Assembly: GCA_013265495.1 (NCBI GenBank)
Contig: MU058287.1
Span: 496,001 to 560,000 of the forward strand
DNA length: 64,000 nucleotides
From: Vicugna vicugna
Lineage: Eukaryota
Direction: 5' to 3'
The position numbers were made by a program, and so were the translations under genes. Shown here piece after piece: positions 52,310 through 64,000 of this stretch. The notes under the pieces were generated by a model, which was not told the DNA's origin, did not search any database, and saw only the letters and a program-made list of their open reading frames with translations. Each line of letters starts with the position of its first letter. Position 1 is the first letter of the stretch.

Positions 52310-52520
52310 ACAATTAATGAACTGAGAACCCACTGTGTACTCTTTTGGCTGCAGAGAACACAGTACTGAAAAGACACATCCAGTCCCTGCTCCATAGAAC
52401 TTACATGCTATGGGGACAGACGGACAATGAAGAGATAAGCAAATAAATGTATGCTGTGATGCCAGGTGGAGAGCAGAACCATGAGTGGTTGTACAGGGCT
52501 GATGGACGTGCTGTTTTGGG
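52310..52520 (-). mobile_element. L2 3' end
   Basis: 'ttcaacaatt...actgagaacccactgtgt...agtccctgctccatagaacttaca...ggggacagac'. Confidence 0.65.
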
Positions 52521-53814
52521 TAATGTGAACCTCACCCCAGTGACTGGCGCTTTAAATGGGGCTGGGATACAACCTGGGAGATTGGTAAGCCTCGCTTTGT
52601 AAAATCTTTTGTTATCAGCTTGGTGTGGTTTCAGGTGAACCCTGTTTTATTCTTATTTCAGTTTGCTTGAACCCTTTAAGTTTCATGCTGTTTCAGGTTT
52701 CAAGAAGTGTCCCAAGGTCAAAGAAAAATGCTAGGAATTTCATCTTGTTTTGTGCGACAGCAGAATAAAGGCACATAATTACATGACCATCCCCACCCCT
52801 GCAAACCTGCAGTGGCCCAGATTTGTTTGAAATTTAGCACAAAACTGCATTGTTATCAGAGGATGTTCCCATGAGATAAGAAAGGCCTAGGAGAATTGCA
52901 GTGGCAGCTTGATTACAAAAATATTAAAACATTTCTTCCTTAATGACAAAGACTTGTTGTTTACTTTTATGAGAGCAAGTTAGCACATGTTTATTCTGAA
53001 AAACTTGGGCTTCAGAGCATCTGCCTGACTATGCTGTTCACACCAGTCACCCCGGAGAAAATGTAGAATGCCTGTCAATTAAGACAGGGATGGATTGTAG
53101 CAAAGGCATTAGAATTTAAACAGCCAAAGAGAATTTCTTTCAACAATCACGTTGGGTGGATATACATTAATTTCAGAATGTTGATAGGACTCAAAACAAA
53201 TGGGAAATTCTGATTTTTGAGTCAGTTCTAATGCAAATCAGACTGAACTTTGTTGACTCATTTGTTCACCAGTTAATTCTGTCTGTCCTTAGACAAACAT
53301 TTGTGAAGCCTTCTATCTGCCAACATGGTGCTTCTTGCTCTATGTCCATAAAATACAGCTACTGCTTTCCTTCGAGCTGACATTGCTGTGGGAACCAGCT
53401 GAGTTCTAGAACTGGAAGTGTTTAGGTAGCTCTGAACACTGTAAGGTGGAAGGTCCAGGAGGGAAATTCTGCATACAAGGAGGGGAAGCCCCGGGGGGAG
53501 GTGACATGTGGGCTGGGTTTGCTCGCCATAGGGACATGTGAGTTTCTGGCAGCAGTCTCTGACTTTGGAGTTACACATTATTATTTTCACAACTAAGATG
53601 GCGTGATTCATTTTGATGACCTATCTTATTCAGCTGACTTGACCTAGAATGATCTTGACCAATTCTAAAAAATAAATTTACTCGCAGGACATGAATATTT
53701 TCTACCATTCAATTTCTTATGTATTTGCTGAGCACCTAACCACACGCCAGGTGCTATGTTACTACGTAGGTAGCCTTGGAGAATTCAAGAAAGTCTTCCC
53801 ATCTTAAAAAAATG

Positions 53815-54553
53815 TTTTTATTGTTGTGAAATTGACATTTTAGCATGAAATTAACTATTTTAAAGTGTACAATTCAGTGGCATTTAGTACATTCACAATG
53901 TTGTATGACTACCACCTCTTTGTAGTTCTAAAATATTTTTATCACACAAAAGGAAACTCTGTACCCATTATATAATCCTTTCCCAACCCCTTATAAATGC
54001 CAATTTGCTTTCCATCTCTATGGATTTGCCTATTCTGAATATTTCATATAAATAGAATCATGCAATATATGCCCTTTTGTGTCTGACTTCTTTTACTAGT
54101 ATCAGGTTTTCAAGGTTCATCCACACTAAAATGTATCGTATTTCACTCCTGTTTATGGCCAAATAATATTCCATTGTATGGCTATACCACTTTTTGTTTA
54201 TCCTTTCATCAACTGATGAACATTTATGTTGTTTCCACCATTTAGCTACTGTGAATGATGCTAAATGTTGTTAACATTTGTGTACAGGTATTAGAGCATC
54301 TGTTTCCAATTCTCTGTGGTGTATACCTAGAAGCAGAATTGCTAGGTCATGTGGTTATTCTGTGTTTAACTTCTGAGGAACTGCCAGGCTGTTTTCCACA
54401 GTGACTGCACCATTTTACATTCCTATCAGGAATTTATGGAGGTTCCAGTTTATGCACATCCTCACCAACACTCATTACTTTCCATTTTTTTAGTGGTAGC
54501 CATTCTAGTGAATGTGAAGTATTGTCTCACTGTGGCTTTGATTTGCATTTCCA
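53815..54553 (-). mobile_element. L1MB-like 3' portion
   Basis: 'tttaaagtgtacaattcagtggcatttagtacattcacaatgttg...gtggctttgatttgcatttcc'. Confidence 0.9.
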
Positions 54554-55289
54554 CAGTTCCAAACAAAAGAAGTTATAAAAATAACCTGGACAATGATAGC
54601 CTTGTTAGAATAAGTGAACTACCTCACAAAAAGACTGATTTTAGGTGGAAAATAGTCACTTGGCTCTGTAAATTATGGTGTGATTATTTAAAAACCAATC
54701 TTATTTTATATTTATCATATTTATAATTATATTACACACCACTGTTGTTATATTGGTTATAATATGAACTTGTGGGTGTCTTCTCAGTCATAAACATTAG
54801 CTTATCTTATGCAATAGTTTAGGTCTTATAGAAGATTACTCAGTTTGAGGCGGATCTATGATCTACCCATTCTTCATAGCCTTTTGAGATGTTGGTACAG
54901 ATTTTGCTTTGGGGATAAAGTATCATAAATTCTATACTATCCAAATACATATTTTTGCCATATAAAGTGTATATTAAGTATATACAAGAGGAGAGAGAGC
55001 GAGAGTGTGTATCTTAGGACTAGGAGGGATATTGTACTAATTATTTTAATATAATGAGTTTATTCTATTGCCTCACCAGAAATAAAACTCTAGAAAGTGA
55101 AAGACATTTTTCTTAGTATTTCCAAGGGAATTTACCACTCATTATTCCTCATTAACTCCATAAGTATACAAAGATTGGATACTCAGCACAAGGGAAGTCC
55201 TAGAGTTAATGTTCTTTATCCAGAGAAAGAAAGATACCCCAACACTATTGGCTGAGCCCATCAATACCTCCCATAGTAATTTTGTGTAT

Positions 55290-55689
55290 TCAGAAATTTT
55301 GCATTGAGCACCCACAATATTGCAGGCATTGTCCAGGCTCTGGGAATATAGCAGTGAACAAAACAGAGCATACATTCTATTGTGGGAGTTGAAAACATGA
55401 GCAAGGAAATGAGGTCGCTGTAAGAGTTGTGAAGCAAAATAGAACAAGGTGTCAGGGGCATGATAGGGCTGCTTGAAGAAAGAATGGTCCAGGGAGACCT
55501 CTGAGGAAGTGCAGACATGGGAGGAAACTGTGACTGTCGGGAGGAGGGAAGAACATGTGACAGGGGCTGGGGGGCTTCACCCATTGAAGGATAGCTTGGA
55601 GGTCAGTATGGCTGAAGTGACATGATTTCCAAGGAGAGTGGTAGAAAAACAAGTTCAAAGAAGTAGCCAGTCCAGAATAGACCTGTGCT
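55290..55689 (-). mobile_element. L2 3' region, interrupted at 55690 by an L1 stub
   Basis: 'attgagcaccc...caggcattg...atagcagtgaacaaaacag...ggtccagggagacctctgaggaagtg'. Confidence 0.75.
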
Positions 55690-56044
55690 ATGTCACATAT
55701 ATGTGGAACCAAAAAAAAGAAATGATGTAAATTCTGTTTACAAACGAGAAACAGACTCACGGACATGGAGAGCAGCTATGGTTGCTGGTGGGTGGGGGAA
55801 GGGCGGGAGGGATAAATGATGGGCTGGGGACTGACAGACACACATGACTATGTATAAAATGGATGAACAACAAGGATCTGCTGTGTAGCACAGGGCACTA
55901 TGTTCAATTTCTTGTCATAACGTATAAAGGAAAAGAATCTAAAAAGAAAATACATGTGTATGTATATGTATAAATGAATCACTTTGCTGTACAACTGAAA
56001 CTAACGTTGTAAATCAACTACACTTCAATTAAAAAACAAAACAA
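55690..56044 (+). mobile_element. Short L1 3' UTR stub
   Basis: 'aaacagactcacggacatgg...gaatcactttgctgtaca...aatcaactacacttcaattaaaa'. TSD aa(t/c)ag(a/g)cctgtgct at 55676-55689 and 56045-56058. Confidence 0.9.
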
Positions 56045-56161
56045 AACAGGCCTGTGCTGAAGATTTACTTGGAAATGCAAGGATCAAGTTTTATGGTTTT
56101 CTTAAAGATGCCCAAGTGTATCTGTCCCTGTGTCCTAGCTGCTGGTGGGGTAAAGAGTGTC

Positions 56162-56654
56162 CGTGTTAGTTTCCTGTTGTTGCTATAACAAATTGCTACA
56201 AACTTAGTGGTTTAAGTAACACAAATTTATTATCTTATAGTCCTGGAGGTCAGACATCTAAAATGTGCCAGCAGGGCTGCCTTCCTTCTGAAGCTCTAGG
56301 GGAGAATCAGTTTCCTTGCCATTACTGGTGTGTAGAGTCCACCCACACTCCTTGTCACGGGGCCCCTTTCTCCCTCTTCAAAGCCAGCAGTTTAGTGTCT
56401 TCTCATCTCCAACATCTGCTCCTGTCCTTCCGTCTTCTCCCTCTGATTCAGACCCTCTTCTCTTCCTCTTGTGGGGTCTCATAGTTAGACTGGGCCCACC
56501 CAGATAATGTAGGATAATCTCATCTCAAGGTCTAATTTAATCACGCCAAGTCTCCTCTGCCATGTAAAGTAACAGCTTCATAGATTCCAGGGATTATGAT
56601 GTGGATGCCTGGGGGCAGGGTGGTGGATGGGAGAGCGTTATTCAGCCTGTCACT
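56162..56654 (-). mobile_element. MLT1C/D-like solo LTR
   Basis: 'ttagtttcctgttgttgctataacaaattgctacaaacttagtgg...gattccagggatta...ttattcagcctgtcac'. Confidence 0.9.
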
Positions 56655-59600
56655 GTAGTCTCTCTTGCTTGAGCTAAGTCTGATTTCCTTCGCAGTGCTG
56701 GTCTCAAGCCTCGCCAGGTTGTGTTTTCATTACTGAAGATCTCACTTTTTCAGGTTCTTTCCCTTCACTTTCTGGCCAATGGGGAAGGAGATAAAAGTTT
56801 AAATGCGTTAGAATTTTGTTGGACTGCAGATGTGTGAGGGCAAAGATGGTCTTTGCTATCTCTTTAATCTCAGTGCCTAATAGAGGTCAAAGGACATGTT
56901 CAATCAGTACAGAAGGTGGTGGTGATGGTTACATTATGAAATGAGGGAGGCTGTCATTTTGTAGTTTTCTTAAGGATGCCCATAGAAATAATAAGATTCT
57001 CCAATACCAAGAATGAATACAGACCTATTATATGAAAATCATATGGATCATACATTCCAGCTCTCTGGGGGAAAAAACAGTTAAGAGAGTGGCCATCCGC
57101 ATGTGCTGAAAGGACAGAATTTTATGATCTCAGAAAGAGAAGAACATATTTCTGGTACCCAGTCTAAATTTTCCTTTCAGTGGTATTTTTAAAAACAAGT
57201 GAAGTTTCAGCATTTGAATTTATGTCAAGCCCCACTTTTGGCAAGGAGTCAGCTAAATATTAAATTAGGTAATTTGGGCTTTATTCCAAAGTAACCAGTA
57301 CCTCTCTGTGATGGAGAAATACATTTTGGCCTCCTGATGATACCTCCACAAAATGACCTTGAGTGTTGGGATGGAAGGTGACACAAACCAGTGAGAGCCG
57401 TGGCCATGCAGAGGCTGAAGGTTTTACCGGCCACTTTATGGGGCGTGAACAGGCCCCACCGGGCAGGTGGCCTTGAGCTCGTGGCGTTGTGTCATGTCGT
57501 GGCAGCCCTGTGGAGCTGTTGACTGTTCAATGTGCAGCCAAGGGGAGGAAAAAATTCCAAGGAGACACTTACTGAAAGGAAGCCCAAAACGGAGCAGTTT
57601 GCTCTTCCAGGATGAGAACTCTCAGCCCTGAGATAATGAAATGCAAATTACAGGAGTGTTCAGGCTGCTGCTCAGATTCATCTGGAGTGTTCTCTGCAAT
57701 GTGTTATTCATTGCTGGGAACAACCTGGAAAATGCGCTATCTGTCATATGTGGCGTCGCAGACCTCGACAGCGAGCAGACAGCGTGACCCCGGCTGAGCC
57801 CTGGAGATGATCGACGGTATTGCTCCTCAGGGGCACTTCCACCTGCTTGTGGTTTGTGTTTTCGGTTAAGGTGATCTCTGTGATAAGGGGAGGGAGAAAA
57901 TCCTGGACACAAGACCAGAATAACTTCAGTCACGGGATCTGAATCCTTTCTTACGATATTTAGATGAGTGTTTATAAATATTCGTTATTTAAGCCCAAAT
58001 AATTAAAAATCTTTATCTTACTATCATTTAAAAAAATCTCCTTGGCTTGAATGGATGCAAACATTCAGGAAATGAGGTATGTCTAGGAAGCCACAATCAC
58101 ATCAACTCTATATACTTTTAAAGGAAATTGAAGAAATACGTGTTAATATATCAAATCCTTAATTTGGTGACATATTTAAGTTAATTATAATGGTAGGGTC
58201 TCTTTAAACACTGTATATCCAGTTCCAACTAATTTTACCCAATTTTTTAAGCTAAACATCTGTCCCCTTATTATAGCTCAAAATTAAAAGTTTTGTAACA
58301 ACTGATGCTGGCTCAGTTGACGACTATCATAACCCCTTCATGGGCTTGTTACATAGGTCAAGTGAGTTAACATTAGTGACGCGCCACTCCTGACATGTTA
58401 TTTGTAAAGTGAATGAAGATCATGAGAATGAATTCCGCTTGTGCAACACTCTTGGTAGGACAAGGTGAATTCCTCTGTTTAACGGAACTTAAGAGAGAAG
58501 GTCTGGGTCACACTTAATTCACTTGGAGTGGCAACGAGGGGATCTTTTTACTCTAAGTGTCTCTCACAGTAAGTTACTCACAGGTCTTCCTAACAGCCAG
58601 TGCATCCTGCGCATCGTGCTTTTAATGGTTCCTTGAAGCAGCACAACCCACAGGAACGCCTTGTAGCACAAATCCTTTCTTCTCTCTCTTCAACTTAGCC
58701 TTCCTTGTTGAAAGTCATGAGGCAGAAAAATAAAGAACTTCACACAAAAATTGAGCAACCACATTAGGCTTTAATAAAAGGGCAGTTCGTTTGTTTTTGT
58801 GGTATCTAACCCTCACGATGGTGTCACGTCAAGATTTAAGTTTCTTTAAGGGAAGGAGTTTTCAGAACCCTTGCTGGCTCTATCTGTGTGGCCTACAGTG
58901 GTCCTCTGTCTGGACAACCCACTGAGTACGTACTGAATTGAATTGAAGACTTTCTCACTCTGATAGGGAAGAGACAAGGCCATGAATCTAGCTGGGTTCT
59001 TGACCTACAGTGTCTAGCTTCATTGCCAAACCCCACGGACTGGGTCTCATCAGCAAAGGCAAGTTTAGAGCCTGCTGCTTGGAACTCTGTCTACATCTGA
59101 GAAATGGTGAGCTTCTCATAAAGGGCATGTACTCTGAAAAGTATCATTAAGAGACAGATAAGAACAAAAATGATGGAAGCCTTAAGATTCTTTCTCATTC
59201 CGTAGGGCTGTTTTTGGTCAAATCTGTTCCATTTCTAGGGTTATGAATCTCTCTCAATTATGGTACAATGCCCTTTACTCTGGAAAATTGAAACTAAAGT
59301 GTGAAAATAAGTAATGGTGGAACTAAGCCAGAAACATACTGGCATAGTTGGACACAGAAGCCCAGGAAAGGAACTGGGGTGGTTCACTTCCCAGGCCTGC
59401 TCCCACCCCCAAAACCACTTCAGCCTGACCCTGCCTCCATCCGATGCTACGCTGACGCGCAGTGTGCATCCTTCCGGAACTGCAGAAGCAAAAGTCCCTT
59501 AACCACCAAGTGGGGAAACTTAAGCTGTTTCCTTTCCCCACCTCAAGCACTGGCTAAAACTCACCCAGAGACGGCTGCTTCTCTCTGGTCTAGGTGATAC

Positions 59601-59799
59601 TGTTCTTCAGACTGCTTCTACTTTGGAGACAATCAGTATGTTTTTATACCTTATCCTAGGTACCTACATTTTACCTAAATATTTGTTATATTAAAAAAAA
59701 ACTATTTAGAGCCCCCTCAGCTTAGTAGAATTGATTTAAGCTAGTATTTATAAATATTGGCAAATAAATAATTTTGAATGTTCGACTTTATTAGTTAAT

Positions 59800-61195
59800 G
59801 AATTTTTTTAGAGTGATTTTAGAGGCAAAACTGAGCAGGAAACAGAGCTCCCACATACTCCCGTCTCCACAGGAGTAGATGGTAGAGATGTACAGTTACC
59901 CTGCAGTCAATGCTCCCCACCAGAGTGGTAAATTTGCTACAATCAATGAACCTATGTTAACCCATCATTACCATCTGAAGTCTATAGTCTACATTAGGGT
60001 TCACTTTTGATGTTGTGCATTCTCTTGAGTTTTGACAAACGTGTACCACCATTGTAGTATCATATAGAATAGTTTTACTGCCCTAAAAATCCTCTGTGCT
60101 CTGCCTAGTATTCCTTCTCCCTGCTCTAACTGCTGGCAACCATAGTTTTTGTTTTCCTTTTTTTTTTAAGTTGAAGTGTAGTTAATTTGATAGTTTTGCC
60201 TTTTCTAGAATGTCATATAGTTCAAACCATACAGTATGTAGTCATTTCAGATTGGCTTCTTTCATTTAGTAACTAAGTTTCCTCCATGTCTTTTCATGGC
60301 TTGACAGCTGATTTCTTATTTCTTTTTAGCACCAAATAATATTCTATTGTCTGGATGTACCACAGTTTGTTTATCCATTTGCCTACTGAAGGACATCTTG
60401 GTTGCTTCCAAGTTTTGGCAACTGTGAATAAAGCTGCTGTAGACCATCGAGGTATGGGGTTTTATGTGGGTATAAGTTTTCAATTCATTTAGGTGAATAC
60501 CTAGGAGCATGGTTGCTGCATTGTGTGGTTAGCGTATGTTCAGTTTTGTAAGAAATTGCCAAACTATCTTCCAGTGGTGGCACCACTTTGCCTTCCCACT
60601 AGCAGTGAATGAGAGTGCCTGCCGTTCTTCATCTTTACCAGCATTTGGTTGGTGCTTTGGGTTGTGGCCATTCTAATAGGTGTGTAGGGTGTCTCATCGT
60701 TTTAATTTGCATTTCCCTAATGACATATGATGTTGGACATCGTTTCATATGCTTACTTCTTCGGCCACCTACATACATTCTTTGGAGAAGTGTCTGTTCA
60801 GCTCTTTTGCCCATTTTTTAATTGGGTTGTTCATTTTATTATTGAATTTTAAATGTTCTTTGTATATTTCGGATAACAGTCCTTTACCAGATGTGCCTTT
60901 TGCAAATGTTTTCTCCCAGGCTAAGGCTTGTGTTCGTATTCTCTTGACATTGTGAAGCGGAAGGTGTTGATTTCAATGAAGTCTAGCTTATCATTTATTT
61001 TGCATATCAGACCTTTGGTGCTGTATCTAAAAAATCATCGCCTTACTCAAGGTCGCCTAGATTTTCTCCTGTGTTATGTTTAGGAATTTTATAGTTTTGT
61101 GTTTTACATTTAGGTCCATGATCCATTTGAGTTAATATTTGTGATAAGATCTGTGTCTAGATTCATTCTTTTTGCATACAGGTATCCAGTTATTT
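59800..61195 (-). mobile_element. L1MB/MC-like 3' portion
   Basis: 'ccccaccagagtggtaaatttgctacaatcaatgaacc...gaaggacatcttggttgcttccaagttttggc...atccattttgag'-like run. Degenerate ORF2. Confidence 0.9.
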
Positions 61196-62692
61196 TTAAA
61201 ATATTGGTTTAAGATTGAAATAGAAACAGTCTTGGTTTAGAAGCAAATATTTTACCTGTCAAGGCAGTATCATGAAATGACTCTGACAATTACATTTCAT
61301 TTTACTTTTAGAAAACACTAGTCAGTGCAAATGTGTCTACACACCTTATTTTTACTACAACGAGTCTTCACTAGGCAAGTAAAATGATCTCATGTAGAAA
61401 ATGGCCTAGAAAATTTAAAGTTCCGGCTTCCATATTCACCTTATTCTATGTGATAATTTGGAATAATACTACTTTTTTCCTTGCAGATAATCCAACAATA
61501 ACAATATAATTATTGAGCTGCAACCTCTTTCAGGACAGGTCTTAGTATATGTTCTAAGTTCTCTTGCAGAAAGTTGCCACCTGCTATTGAATTAAAACCC
61601 CTTTCAGGGAAGGTTCTGATGCACATGCTACATTCTCTTCTAGAAAGTTGCAGCATAAGGATGTACCATTCTCTTCAAAGGGTTAATTAAACAAATAAAT
61701 TTTCCTGCTGTCTGATCTCGCCAGAATAGGAGTACTTAGTCTTGTTCATTCTCTGAGAGAGCAGTTTTGCTGAAAATGAAACTTGCATTTTTTCATTTTG
61801 ACATGCAGTATTCTATATATTTGAAGATGGTATTTATACACTCAGAGGCTATTGAAGAAGAGCTGGTCCAATTTTTAAATTGAAGTCTTGGGGCCAGCTG
61901 GGACTCATGCTACTGATCAGTTTGTGTTCATTGTGCGGTAAGTGTTCACAACAAAGGAGTCTGATGCTAGTGAGGCCGAGTCAGTTAGATGATGCATCTC
62001 TTGTCTGTTCCATTGGAGAATGGGCCTTGGATTCACGCCAAAGATGATAAAAGCCAACAACATCTATGCTATAAGGTGTCAAGCTGATGACTGTGCAGCT
62101 GGGCATGTGCAGATTGCTGCAGGCAAATCCTGGGTAATTTGCATGCCACAAATATTGGCTCATTGGATCTGGCTGGCAAAGGAAACAGGAATTGCGGCAG
62201 ATAGCAAACATGGCTTTGTCCCCTTAGGATCTCTTAGCCACAAATTAGGGCCATTACCAATTTAAAAATCAGCACCAATATTTAAATTTTGTCATTGTTT
62301 TAAGAAGGACAAGCTAATTTAGATAATCCTAGGAACTGAAGTAATTTATGTGTACAGCACATTTACCTAATATAAGGAAATCAAACCTTTCTTAGATTCA
62401 CTGTTAGATTCACATTAAGATGGTCTTATATTCAAACGTATGATCTCTACCCTGTCTACCTTCTTGTTGTTTGCAGAGAGCAAATGTTATCTCACTTACA
62501 TAGAGTATAACTTTTTTTAGCTCAATTTGGATTATACTTATTGTTATGTGTCATTAATTGTTAACTTAACGATATTTCTTGGCTATTTATCTATATTGAT
62601 ATGTATGAATATTTTAAATACTGTTCCATTGTTTGAACGTACCCAAAAGTATTTAGCCAGTTCATTTTGGGGGGTAATTTAGGATGTCTCTT

Positions 62693-62694
<2 letters not shown>

Positions 62695-62723
<29 letters not shown>
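62695..62723. repeat. (TG)~14 microsatellite
   Basis: Directly visible. Confidence 0.95.
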
Positions 62724-62729
<6 letters not shown>

Positions 62730-62924
62730 TTACAAAAATGCCACACAAAGCACACATATTCAGAGATCGTTCTTCACTTAAAAATATCTATGGGACAAAA
62801 GAAGGAAAAATAAAGAAAAGGGGGTAGGACACATAATAATGATACTTAGATTTTCTTGGGCTGGTAGTCTGTCTATTCCTAGCCCTCAAAGTGTTCTCAG
62901 TGATAAATTTTTGCAAAATAGTAC

Positions 62925-63466
62925 AGTATTTGTTTTCTATACTGCGTAACAAATGACCACAAACTTAGCAACTTAAAACAGCACACATTAACTGTCTCAC
63001 AGTTTTTCTACATCAGGAGTCCAGGCATACCTTAGTTGGGTCTTTTGCAAGGCTACAATTAAGGTGTCCGTCAGAGCTGGGTTTGTATCTGGAGGCTCCC
63101 ATGGGGAGGGGTCTGCTCCCAAGCTCACTCAGGTTTTTGGCCAAATTCCAGTTCTCTGCAGCTCTAGGACACATGACAGCTTGCTCTGCAAAGCCAGCAA
63201 GGAGAGCGAGACTCTAAAGCAAATATGCTGTCAAGGCAGGAGTCTTATACCACATAACATAACCATAGGAGAAACATTCCATCAGCTTTGTGGTGTTAGA
63301 TCACATGGTCTTGGGAGTGACATCCCATGTCACACATCTTTGCCATGTTCTGTTGATTAGAAACAAGTCACTGGTCCCACCCTTATTCAAGGGGAGGGCA
63401 TTATACCAAGGTGTGAACACCAGGAGGCAGCCATCATGGGGAACCCCTTAGCATTTGTCCACTACA
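62925..63466 (-). mobile_element. MLT1 (E/F/G-like) solo LTR
   Basis: 'tgcgtaacaaatgaccacaaacttagcaacttaaaacagcacac...caggagtccaggca...aagtcactggtcccacc...gtgtgaacaccaggaggcag'. Confidence 0.85.
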
Positions 63467-64000
63467 AGGAGTCTCAAGCCAGCAAAGTTTGGCTGTCAAT
63501 TTCAAATGAAATCAGTGACATTTCTGGTGAAACAATCAAATGCTTCCAGAACAAGGTCAAAATAATATTTTCAGTATATAGCTGATGAATTATTTCAGTA
63601 AAGATGGAGGAAAAAACACAAATATTGACAATGGTCCTCTTTGTAGCAGAAAGAGACATGGTTTCTAATGTTTCTAAGAGCTAGTCACAAATTCAGTAAT
63701 CACTATTATGGCTTGAAAAGAAGCAGAGGAAAAATACTAGGAAAAATAATTTGCATATAGTTGGTGCTATAAAAAGGATCGTTAAATAATGAACATTTAC
63801 ATGGTAAATCAAGAAAAGCAGGAAAAGCTAATTTAAAAATTCCTTTATCAAAATTATCAAGTGACAGTGCTTTGGTGGAGAGGTTGAAATCTCAAAATTC
63901 CTGGCTCTCTGGTTGTTTTCAGTATCTAGTACCATCTGGAAGATCGCCCAAAGACTTGCCTGATCTACCTTTGTGAGCTTGCAGACCAAGTAGAAACAGA

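Larger units (their letters stand above)
36032..64000 (+). other. PHACTR2: Intron of the putative PHACTR2 transcript, continuing beyond the window
   Basis: Follows the donor site. I saw no downstream exon encoding VDGLDKAS.../KIFKPWKWRKKK. Confidence 0.6.

Noticed and set aside
57395..57510. GC-rich patch ending in gcagccctg
   Set aside because: Possibly a decayed MER91-like hAT fragment, but too weak to call. No evidence of an exon.
1..64000. Prokaryote-style systems (CRISPR arrays, operons, defence islands) or an intact retroelement ORF
   Set aside because: The DNA is mammalian non-coding sequence. I saw no regularly spaced repeat-spacer array, no long ORFs, and no intact gag/pol/env, ORF2 or transposase.

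Overview
This is mammalian genomic DNA, very probably from a camelid. The evidence is a tRNA-derived SINE of the camelid Vic-1 type at 7.4-7.6 kb, cetartiodactyl-type L1 3' ends, and no recognisable Alu, Bov-A, PRE-1 or Can-SINE. The window is almost entirely non-coding. The only protein-coding sequence I can support is a 13-nt first coding segment at 36019-36031 (ATG GAC AAT GCC G|gtaggt, M-D-N-A plus a phase-1 donor). It sits behind a TATAAA box in a repeat-poor block and matches my recollection of the MDNAV- N-terminus of PHACTR2. On that reading, the window is the PHACTR2 alternative-first-exon region plus flanking intronic and upstream DNA. The rest is MIR, L2, MaLR (MLT1) solo LTRs, Tigger and hAT fossils, old L1s and about 12 short younger L1 3' stubs, many with readable target-site duplications (TSDs). 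None of the ORFs in the supplied track looks like a real gene. I found no clear new multi-gene system. The best leads are an L1 3' transduction with a perfect 14-bp TSD (26.07-26.43 kb), a separately polyadenylated non-L1 139-bp segment fused to an L1 tail (3.27-3.44 kb), and two uORFs plus a possible upstream splice acceptor in the putative PHACTR2 exon. Repeat subfamily names are from recognition by eye and need RepeatMasker/Dfam confirmation.
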